Source: Arenicella sp.
GTDB taxonomy: Bacteria; Pseudomonadota; Gammaproteobacteria; Arenicellales; Arenicellaceae
DNA length: 64,000 nt
Direction: 5' to 3'
NCBI GenBank assembly: GCA_047625975.1
Contig: JBLHRL010000005.1
Coordinates: 2,601-66,600 of the forward strand
Below, in pieces: positions 20,482 to 31,973 of the stretch. The position numbers and the translations under genes were made by a program. Position 1 is the stretch's first letter. Every line of letters starts with the position of its first letter. The notes under the pieces are model-generated. The model was not told where the DNA came from, made no database searches, and saw only the letters and a program-made list of their open reading frames with translations.

Positions 20482-22782
20482 TTAGCCCAAATTCAACTTA
20501 GGGGTAATGATTTTTGGCGTCAAAAAGATCAAAAGCTCGGTTCGATTAGAACGCTTTGATTTTTGTTTGAATATATTACCCAAGAATGGGATGTCACCAA
20601 GGAATGGAACTTTAGTTTCACCCTCACTGTCATCCTGCTGATAAATACCACCAATGACTACGGTTTCGCCATTATCAGCTAGTATCTGAGTTTCAATCTC
20701 TTTAGTACCGACAACATTAATATCTGCCGCCAATGAAATAATATTATCCTGCTTAATTTGGACGTCCATTATGACTCTATCGTCTGGAGTAATTTGAGGT
20801 GTTACCGTAAGCCGAAGCTCGACCGTAATTTCTCGAACCCCGCCAGAGGCACCGTCACTGCCGCCAGCAGCACCGCCGCCTGGCACGGTTATAAAAATCG
20901 ACTGGCCTTGACTAATCACGGCTTCTTTTTGATTTGAGGTAATCAATCTTGGGCTCGCAACTATACGACCACGACCATCCGCCTCCAGCGCGGATAGCTC
21001 TAGACTAATCAAATGCGCGAAACCGCGGCCAGTTCTAAAAATATCAAATGCATAAGAAGCCGGGTTTGTGCCACCAATATTAGCGGCCCCGAGATCAACA
21101 GACAACCCGCCATTACGGTCGAATTCGAGTGGATCATTAGGATTATTAAGCTGATTGTTTATTGAATCTTGAATAGTAGTATTACCGTTGAGGGTGCCAC
21201 CACCAACCACATTACCTAGGTTTGAGCTTTTTGAACCAGGAAATCTAACATTCTCAGTGACACGCTGGAAACCCAAACGGGCACCTAATTCGCGACTAAA
21301 ATTGTCATTCGCTTCAACAATTCTGGTTTCGATCAATACTTGCCGTACCGGCTTGTCTAGTTTAGCTATTACATTTCGCAACTGTTTGATTTTTTCGGCC
21401 ACGTCTTGAATCAATAAGCTATTGGTTCTCTCATCGACGGTGACACTGCCTCGTGCACTGAGCAAGGAATTCTTGTCTGTCTCAGTTACGTTTAGAGATG
21501 AACTATTAGTCGTACCCTGCCCTGACTGTGACGATGAGTCTCCTTGTTTGACCACTTTCACAGACTTAATAACGGTAGCAATATCCACCGCTTTAGCATA
21601 ATTAATTTGAACGATTTCGGTCGACAACGGAGCAAATTGCTCAACTACGCTCAAAGCTTTAAGCTCGTCTTCTTCTACCTTCTGAATTTCCGCACTTGGC
21701 GCAACCCAGACCACATTACCGGTTTGCCGCTTAGCTAGCCCTTTGGTTCGCAAGATAACGTCCAGCGCCTGATCCCATGGCACGTCCTTCAGGTTGATCG
21801 TAATGTCACCCTGGACCGAGTCACTAGTGACAAAATTTATTCCGGTGAAGTCGGCAATTACAGCCAAAGCCGATCGAACATCTATCTTCTGAAAGTTAAT
21901 AGACAGACGCTCTCCGTTGAAGCCTAGCTCTAAGTCCTGGTCATCACGAAGACCCTCTTGCGTCTCAATAATTGGATCGACGACTAATGTAAAGCGCTTA
22001 CCAGACTGGAAAGCAAGGTGCTGATACTGACCCTTAGGCACAATAACTATGCGCACATTACTAGCATTCTGGAACGAGTCAATGGTTTGTACTGGCGTAG
22101 CAAAGTCTGTTACATCCAACCTTTGCTCAAGTTCAGCAGGCACATTTACATCAAACAAATCGATTACAATCTCACCATCTCGCTCGCGAGTATCGATAGT
22201 TGCGTTGTCATCACTCAAATCAATTACCAGCTTACCGCCACCAGCCTCTGACCGGCGAAAGTCTATATTCGTCACGTTTGTCGAAGACTCTAAATCTGGA
22301 CGGCTAGCAAACGGTTTCGGCTTTGAAACTTGGCTTTGATCGGTCAAATCATTGTATACAGTTAACGAATAACCATTCTCTATCGGTAATAATTTGTACC
22401 GTGCGGTATCCCTTAAATTGATGATTAAGCGGGTCCTATCAGGGGTTTGAACAGCAACAATACTGTCAACCTTGCCCATACCAACGTTGGTTCGCTGGCT
22501 ACTCAACAAGCTCTTCATACCAAAAAAGTCTATTGCGATGCGGGCTGGGCGATCAGTGCTGAATGTACCCGGCTCAGATAGAGGAGTATCGGCTAGAAAG
22601 TTAATTTGCACGTCTCCACCACTCAAAGTGCTAAACACCATATCGGTCAAATTAGCACTCTGAGCATATGCAGTATTAACCGCCGCCGTTGCTAGCATTA
22701 GCACTGAGACACACAGCCTATTGAAGCGCCGAGGTAAGTTAATCGATCTCATAGTTTTGCTTCCTGAATCGTTATTGTTCAT
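20482..22782 (-). CDS. pilQ: Type IV pilus secretin
   Basis: AMIN domains, ERLSINFQ..DVR, VPWDQALD, QVLIETRIVEA, KVPFLGDIP and ELLIFLTPKI motifs. Confidence 0.96.
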   Translation of the reverse strand: MNNNDSGSKTMRSINLPRRFNRLCVSVLMLATAAVNTAYAQSANLTDMVFSTLSGGDVQINFLADTPLSEPGTFSTDRPARIAIDFFGMKSLLSSQRTNVGMGKVDSIVAVQTPDRTRLIINLRDTARYKLLPIENGYSLTVYNDLTDQSQVSKPKPFASRPDLESSTNVTNIDFRRSEAGGGKLVIDLSDDNATIDTRERDGEIVIDLFDVNVPAELEQRLDVTDFATPVQTIDSFQNASNVRIVIVPKGQYQHLAFQSGKRFTLVVDPIIETQEGLRDDQDLELGFNGERLSINFQKIDVRSALAVIADFTGINFVTSDSVQGDITINLKDVPWDQALDVILRTKGLAKRQTGNVVWVAPSAEIQKVEEDELKALSVVEQFAPLSTEIVQINYAKAVDIATVIKSVKVVKQGDSSSQSGQGTTNSSSLNVTETDKNSLLSARGSVTVDERTNSLLIQDVAEKIKQLRNVIAKLDKPVRQVLIETRIVEANDNFSRELGARLGFQRVTENVRFPGSKSSNLGNVVGGGTLNGNTTIQDSINNQLNNPNDPLEFDRNGGLSVDLGAANIGGTNPASYAFDIFRTGRGFAHLISLELSALEADGRGRIVASPRLITSNQKEAVISQGQSIFITVPGGGAAGGSDGASGGVREITVELRLTVTPQITPDDRVIMDVQIKQDNIISLAADINVVGTKEIETQILADNGETVVIGGIYQQDDSEGETKVPFLGDIPFLGNIFKQKSKRSNRTELLIFLTPKIITPKLNLG

Positions 22783-23311
22783 CTATTGTTATTTCCACAT
22801 CCCTAGTCACCCATCGACCGGCAGGGTCGGCGACGGTTTCGCTGAGTAATAAACGTTGCTCATCGGGGAAAATTTGCATTATTTTTCCATCATTTTGGCC
22901 AATATAATTTCCAATTGAGGCCAAGTGAGCAGTGCCTTGCGTGGTTTTAACGATTACCCAAGGTACGCCTTTTTGAGACATTGTACCAACCATCCTTAGC
23001 CCATCTAGAGGAAAGTCTTCTAACGGTTCTTTCACTCTACTGGCATCAGGGCGCTGGCTCGCAAATAAAGTTTCGTCATCGCGGTTATAGACGATACTGT
23101 CAAAGCTAAATGGATCGTTCTTATCATTAGAGGCGTACTCAAACCCTTTGTATGGTCGGATTTCAGGTAACGGGTCAATCTCGGGTTTTCTATCTTTATA
23201 CGCATCGGCAACAAACTCACGCAAGTCCGTCATATTGCTATCAGCACAACCTTGCAATACTAAGCAGGCTAAGGCAATCAACAGTAGCTTATTAACTTTA
23301 CTCGTCAGCAT
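22772..23311 (-). CDS. pilP: Type IV pilus lipoprotein PilP
   Basis: Start moved to ATG 23311 (GGAGG RBS; lipobox LQGC). KEPLEDFPLD.L.MVG and GNYIGQNDG motifs. Confidence 0.93.
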   Translation of the reverse strand: MLTSKVNKLLLIALACLVLQGCADSNMTDLREFVADAYKDRKPEIDPLPEIRPYKGFEYASNDKNDPFSFDSIVYNRDDETLFASQRPDASRVKEPLEDFPLDGLRMVGTMSQKGVPWVIVKTTQGTAHLASIGNYIGQNDGKIMQIFPDEQRLLLSETVADPAGRWVTRDVEITIDEQ

Positions 23312-23897
23312 AAGAGTCCTCCAAATAATGATATGTCTTGGTAGTAGCCTTGAATCGTAAAGCCCCTGAATCGTCAGAAATTCTCTCAACCGAAAAGTCT
23401 GTCACGTTGATAATTCGAGGAAGTGCGGCGACATCACTTACAAACCCCGCTATCTGATGATAGGTCCCATTGGCGATAATATTTACATTCTTCTCGGCAT
23501 AGAAATCTTTATCTATATTGCTCCCAGGTTTGATTTGCTCAAATTGCAAGCCACGAGATAAACCAACCTGAGTCATATCAATCAACAAATCGGGAATTTC
23601 ACTCTCATTTGGAAGTTGCTTTAGCAGTACACCAAAAGTCTCTTCAGCTTCGATCATTTGCTGCTTGTAGGCATCGAGATTAATGGCTAAAGCTTTTTTT
23701 TCTAGATAACTGTCTTTCAATCCAGGCTCTATCCTTTGCTGATTCGCCAGAGATTGTTGCTGACCCTGAATGATAAATTTATACCCAGCCAAAACAATAA
23801 CCACACACAGCATCCCAGCTATCGAGAACTTAATTCGACGCGTCCATGACCCGATATCATTAATATCCAGGCCATTTAGTTCATCTATGAGGCCCAT
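23298..23897 (-). CDS. pilO: Type IV pilus protein PilO
   Basis: LLKQLP.ESEIPDLL and GTYHQIAGFVSDVAALPRII motifs. Confidence 0.95.
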   Translation of the reverse strand: MGLIDELNGLDINDIGSWTRRIKFSIAGMLCVVIVLAGYKFIIQGQQQSLANQQRIEPGLKDSYLEKKALAINLDAYKQQMIEAEETFGVLLKQLPNESEIPDLLIDMTQVGLSRGLQFEQIKPGSNIDKDFYAEKNVNIIANGTYHQIAGFVSDVAALPRIINVTDFSVERISDDSGALRFKATTKTYHYLEDSYADE

Positions 23898-24005
23898 AGG
23901 ATGCCCCTTTCTACTAATAATTTCATAATCTAAGTTTTCTCTTAAACTTGGTTCGCTATATTTTTATCTTTTTTAACTTTGCCATTGATCTTGCAACTGA
24001 AGACT

Positions 24006-24587
24006 CTAACGAACCGCGTTGCTGCTATTGGTATCTGCTGAATCGCCTTTTCGCTGTTGCTTCACTAATACATCAAATTGGCTCACCAACGCGCCGTTTT
24101 GATCAACTACATTGACAACATTAAGGGTTGCATTAGTGAACCAGTCGGATGCATCTAGACTGCGCATTAAAGCTGAAACACGGCCATTGGATTGAGCTTT
24201 ACCTTTTATAGCCAAACTATTTTGTGTCTTGGTGATGGTGTCGTAGTAGACGCCGTTAGGTAGTTTATTAACGAGATCATCAAAAACATGAACAATTTGA
24301 GCACGATTTTTCTGTAAGTTTTGAATAACTTCCATTCTTGAAAGTAGAGCGTCACGCTTTCCTTTCAAATCTTCGATTTCTCTAATAACCTTTGATAAAT
24401 CAATAATTTCAGACTGTACATAGGCATTTCGGGCTTTCTGATGATCAATGCGTGAGTCCATAAACACTTTGCCCGCTAACACCAATAGGCAGGTCCCGCT
24501 CCACATTGCGACACAAACGAATAAGGTTATTTGATTGCGCTCTCGCCGAGTCGCCTCACGCCAAGGTAGTAAATTGATATTAGCCAT
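24006..24587 (-). CDS. pilN: Type IV pilus protein PilN
   Basis: INLLPWRE N-terminal motif, a TM helix and a coiled coil. Confidence 0.95.
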   Translation of the reverse strand: MANINLLPWREATRRERNQITLFVCVAMWSGTCLLVLAGKVFMDSRIDHQKARNAYVQSEIIDLSKVIREIEDLKGKRDALLSRMEVIQNLQKNRAQIVHVFDDLVNKLPNGVYYDTITKTQNSLAIKGKAQSNGRVSALMRSLDASDWFTNATLNVVNVVDQNGALVSQFDVLVKQQRKGDSADTNSSNAVR

Positions 24588-25636
24588 TAACTAAGCCCTC
24601 GTAACGAAAGACCATAAGCTATAGAAAGAGCCGGCGCGGACACTGAAATCATGTCTCTTCGAGACTGTACATTTGCACCTGCGATAGGATTTAAAACAGA
24701 CACTTTGGTACGCAACTTAACCTCTAAGTCGCCGGCTAAACCTGCTAAAGCACAGCAAGCACCTGATAGCACTACGCTGTCGATGTTTGAATAGGAACTA
24801 GATGAATAGAAAAACTGCAGTGCCCTACTTACTTCTTGCCGCAACATCTCAATAAAAGGTTCTTGCACCGCCGTTAAAAAATCGCCAGGAGGTTGAGACG
24901 ACGCGAGAATTTCCTCCGCCTCATCGGCTGAGACGCCATATTCTTTACGAATTAATTTTACTAGCTGGGCTGAGCCGAAGCTTTGATGTCGTGAATACAG
25001 CACTTGACTATCGTTCATTACCATCAAGTGACTGCTAGAAGAGCCTATATCAAACACAGCTACTGGCTGACTCGATTGCGCGCCAAGAGAGTTTTGAGAA
25101 CGATAAACTCGCTCTAATGCGTAAGTGTCAATATCAACATAGGTAAGTTCCAAAGAGGAGCTCTCGACTAGATCGATATAGTCGTCTACGATACTTCGGC
25201 GACAGGCGACCAATAACACATCATTCTCATCTTCGTTGCTTTCAGACTTGCCAAGAACTTCGAAGTCTAAATTGACCTCGTCAATCGGATATGGAATAAA
25301 GTGCAATGCCTCAATACTAATTTGCTCTTCTAACTCAAGCTCTCCGATATCAGCAGGCATGCTGAGCACTTTTGTGATCGCATGACTTGACGATACCGCC
25401 ACCGCAGCCAGCTCAGCTTTTGCACCAGACTTGACCATCGCTTCGTTCAAGGCGTCAGCCACCAGATCAGAATTGGCGATTGCATTTTCAGAAAAGGCAC
25501 CAGCCGGCAATGGCACGACAGCCCATGCAACAACTTTTGGATTCGCTTTTGTGCCAGACAACTCAACTAGTTTTACCGAATGCGTTCCGATATCTATACC
25601 GATGACTGCCTTAGATTTTTTGGTAAACAGTTTCAA
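24587..25636 (-). CDS. pilM: Type IV pilus protein PilM
   Basis: IGIDIGTHSVKLVEL actin-like start and IPYPIDEVNLDF; first gene of pilMNOPQ. Confidence 0.95.
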   Translation of the reverse strand: MKLFTKKSKAVIGIDIGTHSVKLVELSGTKANPKVVAWAVVPLPAGAFSENAIANSDLVADALNEAMVKSGAKAELAAVAVSSSHAITKVLSMPADIGELELEEQISIEALHFIPYPIDEVNLDFEVLGKSESNEDENDVLLVACRRSIVDDYIDLVESSSLELTYVDIDTYALERVYRSQNSLGAQSSQPVAVFDIGSSSSHLMVMNDSQVLYSRHQSFGSAQLVKLIRKEYGVSADEAEEILASSQPPGDFLTAVQEPFIEMLRQEVSRALQFFYSSSSYSNIDSVVLSGACCALAGLAGDLEVKLRTKVSVLNPIAGANVQSRRDMISVSAPALSIAYGLSLRGLS

Positions 25637-25787
25637 GAAACCTCCATAAAAACCGCTATTTATATCATTATTATAATTACTTACTTTAAAGTCTAACCAA
25701 ACTGACTCAATAATGCCACATTTCTATTTAGGAAATCGAACATTTCATATATTATCGTTATTGGTTAACAAATAAGAAATTGGCATT

Positions 25788-28523
25788 TTGAAAAAATCGC
25801 AACTGCTGTTATCGCTCACCACTTGGTTAAGCGGCGCGCTCATGCTCGGATTTGTAACCGCGGGGTTCTTAATAGTTCAATTGAGTCGAGACCTGCCTAA
25901 TGCACAAAGCATAAAGGGCATAGAGCTAAAAATTCCGTTACGCGTTTATTCAGCAGATAAGCTCTTGATCTCAGAGTTTGGCGATGAACGACGCAAAACA
26001 GTTGACTATAGAAACACACCGCAAAAGCTAATCGACTCGGTACTTGCCAGTGAGGATGATGGCTTTTTCGAACATAGCGGTGTCGACTTCAAAGGCCTAT
26101 TTCGAGCGGCACTATCAAATTTTCGATCTGGCCGCTCAGGTCAAGGCGCCAGCACCATCACCATGCAAGTGGCACGTAATTTTTTCCTGAGTCGAGACAA
26201 AACCTATGAGCGCAAACTAAAAGAAGTATTACTATCCTTCAGGCTAGAGCAAATTCTAAGCAAAGAAGAGATTTTATCGCTTTATTTGAATAAAATTTTC
26301 TTAGGCCATAGAGCCTATGGTTTTGGTGCCGCCGCAGAGGTCTATTACAACAAACAACTAGGCCAATTAAGTACCGCGCAAATAGCCATGCTTGCTGGCT
26401 TACCGAAAGCACCATCAACCTACAATCCACTGCGCAATACTGAGCGAGCTTTAATTCGTCGAAACTATGTGCTTGGGCGGTTAGCTGAACTTGGCAAAAT
26501 AAGCGAAGACGACTATAGGGTTGCGCTCTCAGAGCCGATAACCGCGCAAAAGCACGGTCGGCAAACCGATTTAGTAGCACCACACATCGCCGAAATGGTG
26601 CGCGCCAAGCTTACCGAGCAATACGGGGAAGGGGCCTATTGGCAAGGTTTAAATATCTACACCACGATCTCATCAAAGCAACAAGTGGTGGCGGAAAGAT
26701 CGCTAAGAAAGGGGCTACAAGACTACGACCGACGACACGGTTTCAGAGGCCCAATAGGCGTTGTGGACCTAGACGCAATAGCGCCAGATACAGACAGACA
26801 ACAACTCGATAGTGCTTATAACGAGGCGCTTCGGCCCTACCCTAGCAGTAAAGATCAAATTCCGTCGATTGTTATCGCCGTCAATGATGACGATTCGCAA
26901 CTTTGGACCCAGGACTTCGGTGAGGTAAGCATCAAGCTGGCGTCCGCTAAGTGGGCCAAACGGCATAAAACCGCAAATTTAGTTGGCGATAGCCCAAAGA
27001 AAATGTCAGAAGTGATAAAAGCTGGGGACGTGGTCTATATTCAACCTGACGAAAAGAAAGAGGTAACCACGCCCACTCAAAGTATCGATGAAGATGCTTC
27101 TGTAGCCGCTATAAACTGGAAACTTTCACAGATCCCAAACGTGAGTGGAGCCCTGATCTCAATAGAACCAAAATCAGGCAAGATCCTCTCACTCGTCGGA
27201 GGCTATGATTTCTTCCTAAATAAATATAACCGAGCAATTCAGTCAATACGGCAACCAGGCTCCAATATTAAACCGTTCATCTATTCGGCGTCGCTTGATC
27301 AAGGCTTTACACCAGCTAGCGTAATAAGCGGCAGCTCGATTGTTATCCGAGATCCAGCTCATGGAACTCTATGGCGACCAGAAAACTACAGCGGTCAGTT
27401 TTACGGCCCAACACGTATACGCCAAGCACTAAGCAAATCTATGAACCTTGTATCAATCCGCCTGTTACGAGCGATTGGCATACCTTATGCACGACAATAT
27501 GTAGAACGCTTTGGTATTGATATGACTCGCTTTTCAGCATCGCTTACCATGGCGCTTGGCTCTGGTGGAGTAAAACCAATAGAGATGCTCAGCGCCTACA
27601 GCGTACTCGCCAATGGCGGTTACAAGATAGAGCCGTACTTTATCCAGCGAATCACCGATCGCGACGGCAACACTCTCTTCTTAGCACCATCAGCGGAACC
27701 GTGCGACCAATGCTATGCGGAGTATTTGCCTAAGCCTGAAGTCATTGGTCTTGAGATTGAAAAAGCAATAATTGTGCCGGAAGACGTCGATAATTATGAG
27801 ACATTAAAAGAGCCGCAAGATGTGGATCTCGATATTCTTCCCGAGATCGCCGATATAAGCATGCCACGGAGCTACGAAGCTCCGCGCGTTATGTCGCATG
27901 CAAATAATTTTCTAACAGTTAGCATGATGAAAGACGTAGTGCGGCGTGGCACGGCAAGAAAAGCGTTAGCACTAAACAGACAAGATCTTGCCGGAAAAAC
28001 AGGTACCACCAATGATTATGTTGATGCATGGTTTACTGGTTTCAACTCTAAAGTAGCAACCACCGTTTGGGTTGGCTTCGATAATCCGTCAACCATGGGC
28101 CGAGGCGAAGCTGGCAGCTCAACAGCATTGCCAATTTGGATTGACTACATGCGCACAGCGCTCGATGGCGTGCCTGAGGATTCAACAGAGCTGCCTGAGT
28201 ATATCGAGTCTGGCTTCATCAACCGCAACACTGGAAAGCGAACTGACGAAATGGATCTGAATGCAATTCAAGAATACTTTACAATCGAAGAACTAACACC
28301 CGAGCACGCTCTATTACAGAGCCTTTATGGCAGCCTTTCAATAGACGAGGTTTCAGCTGAGTTAGATATCGATGGAACTGTTTCTGAAGGTACTGATGAC
28401 TTAGTGATAGACGCTATAGGTGAATTTTTAGAGGGTGAGGAAGAGGCTGAGCAAACACCTAGTGAATTTAGACAGCAGGATCGTATTATCGAACAGAAAG
28501 AAGACACTGAGGGCTTATTCTAG
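25788..28523 (+). CDS. mrcA: Penicillin-binding protein 1A
   Basis: Transglycosylase EDDGFFEHSG and GASTITMQVARN; transpeptidase SxxK (GSNIK), SMN and KTG; divergent from pilM. Confidence 0.96.
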   Translation: MKKSQLLLSLTTWLSGALMLGFVTAGFLIVQLSRDLPNAQSIKGIELKIPLRVYSADKLLISEFGDERRKTVDYRNTPQKLIDSVLASEDDGFFEHSGVDFKGLFRAALSNFRSGRSGQGASTITMQVARNFFLSRDKTYERKLKEVLLSFRLEQILSKEEILSLYLNKIFLGHRAYGFGAAAEVYYNKQLGQLSTAQIAMLAGLPKAPSTYNPLRNTERALIRRNYVLGRLAELGKISEDDYRVALSEPITAQKHGRQTDLVAPHIAEMVRAKLTEQYGEGAYWQGLNIYTTISSKQQVVAERSLRKGLQDYDRRHGFRGPIGVVDLDAIAPDTDRQQLDSAYNEALRPYPSSKDQIPSIVIAVNDDDSQLWTQDFGEVSIKLASAKWAKRHKTANLVGDSPKKMSEVIKAGDVVYIQPDEKKEVTTPTQSIDEDASVAAINWKLSQIPNVSGALISIEPKSGKILSLVGGYDFFLNKYNRAIQSIRQPGSNIKPFIYSASLDQGFTPASVISGSSIVIRDPAHGTLWRPENYSGQFYGPTRIRQALSKSMNLVSIRLLRAIGIPYARQYVERFGIDMTRFSASLTMALGSGGVKPIEMLSAYSVLANGGYKIEPYFIQRITDRDGNTLFLAPSAEPCDQCYAEYLPKPEVIGLEIEKAIIVPEDVDNYETLKEPQDVDLDILPEIADISMPRSYEAPRVMSHANNFLTVSMMKDVVRRGTARKALALNRQDLAGKTGTTNDYVDAWFTGFNSKVATTVWVGFDNPSTMGRGEAGSSTALPIWIDYMRTALDGVPEDSTELPEYIESGFINRNTGKRTDEMDLNAIQEYFTIEELTPEHALLQSLYGSLSIDEVSAELDIDGTVSEGTDDLVIDAIGEFLEGEEEAEQTPSEFRQQDRIIEQKEDTEGLF

Positions 28524-28545
28524 GTAACTACAAGCTAGTTACCTA
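28521..28545. terminator. Hairpin between convergent mrcA and topA
   Basis: 10-bp perfect inverted repeat TAGGTAACTA-CAAGC-TAGTTACCTA; the U-tract is weak. Confidence 0.45.
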
Positions 28546-28596
28546 AATCAGACTAATGACTTAATTTACTTAGGCTAAATAGAAATTAAGCCTTCG

Positions 28597-31326
28597 CTAT
28601 TTTTTGGTCGCTTTCTTTTTAGACGCCTTCTTCTTAGTGACTTTCTTCTTAGTTTTTTTCTTGGCTACTTTCTTTTTGGCTTTCTTCTTTACAGGCTTAG
28701 TTCCAGTAACAACCCATTTACCACCTTCATAAAAAGCCTTCCATCCAGTCGCCTTAGCATCTTCTTCAGACTGTACGTATATTTCCTTAGTCTTGCGGCT
28801 ATAGCGGATAACGGTTGGTAAACCATCGTCATCGGCGATAGGGGCAGCGAATAAAAACTCATACTTAATGTCTATCTGATCTTTGTACGGCAAGATTTCA
28901 GCCACTAGAGGCGCGCGCGTCTCACGGTTTTTAGGAAAGCCACTAGCGGCTAAAAACATACCCGATGCGCCATCACGTAATACGTAATGATCGTCAACTT
29001 TCAAGCAGCGAAGATCTGGCATCTGCACTGGATCCATTTTAGGAGGGGCAGGCTCACCATTACGTAAAAGCTTACGAGTATTCTTGCACTCTTCATTCAT
29101 ACAACCAAAATACTTACCGAAGCGGCCGTTTTTCAGCTGCATCTCACTCTCACACTTATCGCACTCGAGCAATGGACCCTCATAACCCTTAATCTTATAG
29201 GAGCCCATTTCGACTTCAAAACCCGAGCAATCCGGATTCTTTCCACAAATATGTAATTTACGCGACTCATCTAATAGGTAGCTGTCCATCGCGGTGTTAC
29301 AAACATTGCAGTGGTGTTTGCTAATCAACAGCTTAGCTTCAGCTTCGTCGTCTTCATCGACATTAACCGCTTCATCCCCAGGCACTAAGTTCATGGTCGA
29401 TTTGCACCGTTCTTTCGGTGGCAGCGCGTATCCAGAACAGCCGAGGAATACACCAGTAGTGCCGGTGCGTATCTGCATTGGGCGGTTACAACTATTACAC
29501 TCAATATCAGTTTCAGTAGGGCTATTTAGCCGCATTCCGCCATCTTCATCGTTCTGAGCCTTAAGCAAAGTAGACGAGAAATCAGCGTAAAAACTATCCA
29601 GTAGATCACGCCACTGCATACGCCCTTTGGCAACATCGTCGAGCCGATCTTCCATGGTGGCTGTGAAGCTATAGTCCATCAGATCCGCAAAGCTCTCAAC
29701 TAAACGCTCGGTGACAATATCACCCATTTTCTGTGCATAAAAACGACGTTTTTCAACCTGTACATAGCCCCGATCTTGGATCGTCGAGATAATCGCCGCA
29801 TAGGTCGATGGTCGGCCGATACCTCGCTTCTCAAGTTCTTTAACCAAGCTGGCCTCTGTGTATCGTGCCGGCGGCTTGGTGAAATGCTGAGTCGGTATTA
29901 ACGTCTCTAAATTTAGGTCTTCGCCCACCTTCATTGCCGGCAACACACCATCGTCATCTTTCTTGACTTGCACCGGCTGCACTCGTTGATAGCCATCAAA
30001 GACGATTACTCGGCCGCGAGTACGCAGCTCGTAGTCACCCGCATGGATCACCACGCTCGTACTCAAAAACTTGGCTGGCACCATTTGGCAGGCGACAAAT
30101 TGACGCCAAATAAGCGTATATAAACGCTCAGCATCACGCTCAACATTAGCGATTTGCGTTGGCTTAACCTTCACATCCGACGGGCGAATCGCTTCATGCG
30201 CTTCTTGCGCTCCATCTTTACTTGAATATGATAACGGCGACGCGGGTAAGTATTTTTTACCATACTCACTATTGACGAAATCACGACAATCGGAGACAGC
30301 GCCGTTACTCAAATTAGTCGAGTCTGTACGCATGTAGGTGATATAGCCCGCTTCATAAAGTCGCTGAGCTAGCATCATGGTTTTCTTAACACCAAAACCT
30401 AAGCGCGTGCTGGCTGCTTGCTGCAGCGTTGAGGTTATATAAGGTGCGGTTGGCTTAGTTGAGGTCGGTCTCTCATTGATTTCCGCAATTTTATAATTAG
30501 CTGAATCAAGGTACTGAACCGCAATATCTGTCTCTTCTTGAGTAACCGGCTTAAAATTCTCACCCTTAAACTTACGAACCTCAAAGTTAATCGTGTCTTT
30601 AGCGTTGGTTTTCAGGTCTGCAAATAGATCCCAGTACTCTTCTGGAATGAATGCGCGTATCTCTCGCTCGCGCTCGACCACTAACCTAAGAGCAACCGAC
30701 TGAACGCGACCAGCCGACAAACCTCGTGCGATTTTAGCCCATAATAAAGGCGACACCATGTAACCCACGACTCGGTCCAAAAATCGTCTTGCCTGCTGTG
30801 CCTGTACCCGAGCCATATCAACAGGCCCCGGATTTTCGAATGCAGCTTGAATAGCCGTCTCGGTAATTTCGTTAAATACCACGCGGCGATATCGTGACGG
30901 ATCTCCGCCGATCGCCTCTTGCAAATGCCATGCGATCGCCTCACCCTCTCGATCCATATCCGTCGCGAGGTAGATAATGTCAGCATCTTTGGCAAGTTTT
31001 ACCAACTCATCGACCACTTTTTCTTTGCCAGGCAGAATCTCGTAACGTGCTTCCCAATTTTTCTCAGGATTAATGCCCATCCGATTTATCAGCTGGATCT
31101 TACTCTTCTTATGCCGATGAATAATTTTTTGTTCGGGAGATAATTTACGCGTGATCGCCGACTGACGCGCACGCTCTTTAGTATCGATTGGTTTTCTATC
31201 ACCGCCGCTAGTAGGCAAATCTCGAATATGACCAACACTGGATTTGACGATGTAGTCATTGCCAAGATATTTATTAATCGTTTTGGCCTTTGCTGGCGAC
31301 TCGACTATAACTAAAGACTTGCCCAT
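28597..31326 (-). CDS. topA: DNA topoisomerase I
   Basis: [38 protein letters not shown], zinc ribbons and a Lys-rich tail. Confidence 0.98.
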   Translation of the reverse strand: MGKSLVIVESPAKAKTINKYLGNDYIVKSSVGHIRDLPTSGGDRKPIDTKERARQSAITRKLSPEQKIIHRHKKSKIQLINRMGINPEKNWEARYEILPGKEKVVDELVKLAKDADIIYLATDMDREGEAIAWHLQEAIGGDPSRYRRVVFNEITETAIQAAFENPGPVDMARVQAQQARRFLDRVVGYMVSPLLWAKIARGLSAGRVQSVALRLVVEREREIRAFIPEEYWDLFADLKTNAKDTINFEVRKFKGENFKPVTQEETDIAVQYLDSANYKIAEINERPTSTKPTAPYITSTLQQAASTRLGFGVKKTMMLAQRLYEAGYITYMRTDSTNLSNGAVSDCRDFVNSEYGKKYLPASPLSYSSKDGAQEAHEAIRPSDVKVKPTQIANVERDAERLYTLIWRQFVACQMVPAKFLSTSVVIHAGDYELRTRGRVIVFDGYQRVQPVQVKKDDDGVLPAMKVGEDLNLETLIPTQHFTKPPARYTEASLVKELEKRGIGRPSTYAAIISTIQDRGYVQVEKRRFYAQKMGDIVTERLVESFADLMDYSFTATMEDRLDDVAKGRMQWRDLLDSFYADFSSTLLKAQNDEDGGMRLNSPTETDIECNSCNRPMQIRTGTTGVFLGCSGYALPPKERCKSTMNLVPGDEAVNVDEDDEAEAKLLISKHHCNVCNTAMDSYLLDESRKLHICGKNPDCSGFEVEMGSYKIKGYEGPLLECDKCESEMQLKNGRFGKYFGCMNEECKNTRKLLRNGEPAPPKMDPVQMPDLRCLKVDDHYVLRDGASGMFLAASGFPKNRETRAPLVAEILPYKDQIDIKYEFLFAAPIADDDGLPTVIRYSRKTKEIYVQSEEDAKATGWKAFYEGGKWVVTGTKPVKKKAKKKVAKKKTKKKVTKKKASKKKATKK

Positions 31327-31448
31327 TTTTATTGCTTAACTCTTTTGCTTAATTATGCTTTATTAGAATCTGCAAACAAGTTGCTAGCAGACAAATTTGA
31401 CTTGGTAAGTGGGGAGAGTATCCACAATAAGCCGGTTACAGACAAGTT

Positions 31449-31943
31449 TTAGTGTATTGCTGGCAATAAATCCTCACTCACAACGACTTCAGCCCACTCT
31501 GCAATCTCAGCAAACCCAGGCTGATTACTCAATACCATTAATACTACCCACTTTATATGGTCGAATGTGACGTCAGCGGAGTCAAGCGCCATCACTCTAT
31601 CGATAACCGTCTCTCGAGAAAGTTGATCGAGTAAGCCGGCGTTCATCAATCGAATTAATAAGGATTGCCCATCAGGTTTCAAGCGGGCCGCTTCTTTTTT
31701 CGTATAAAACCGAATTGAACTGGCCGCTTGCGGCTGCCATATGATTTTAGTCGGGTCTTGCTCGCAGACATCAAGTAGGCCTTCAAGCCATACAAATGCT
31801 TTACTTACTTCGTCGTCGTCAAAACCAGCGCTCACGAGTTCTTTAGCCAACTCTTCTTGACCGGGTTCAAACGAGTCTCCATCGATAATATAATTTTCGA
31901 AGAGATAAATCAGCACTTCGAGCATATCTTCTTTCATTTTCAC
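31449..31943 (-). CDS. smg: Smg / DUF494 protein
   Basis: MLEVLIYLFENY, AGF...EVSKAFVWL and KWVVLMVL motifs; lies between dprA and topA. Confidence 0.9.
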   Translation of the reverse strand: MKMKEDMLEVLIYLFENYIIDGDSFEPGQEELAKELVSAGFDDDEVSKAFVWLEGLLDVCEQDPTKIIWQPQAASSIRFYTKKEAARLKPDGQSLLIRLMNAGLLDQLSRETVIDRVMALDSADVTFDHIKWVVLMVLSNQPGFAEIAEWAEVVVSEDLLPAIH

Positions 31944-31973
31944 CTCTAAAGACCGACCAACTTAATGGTCAGA

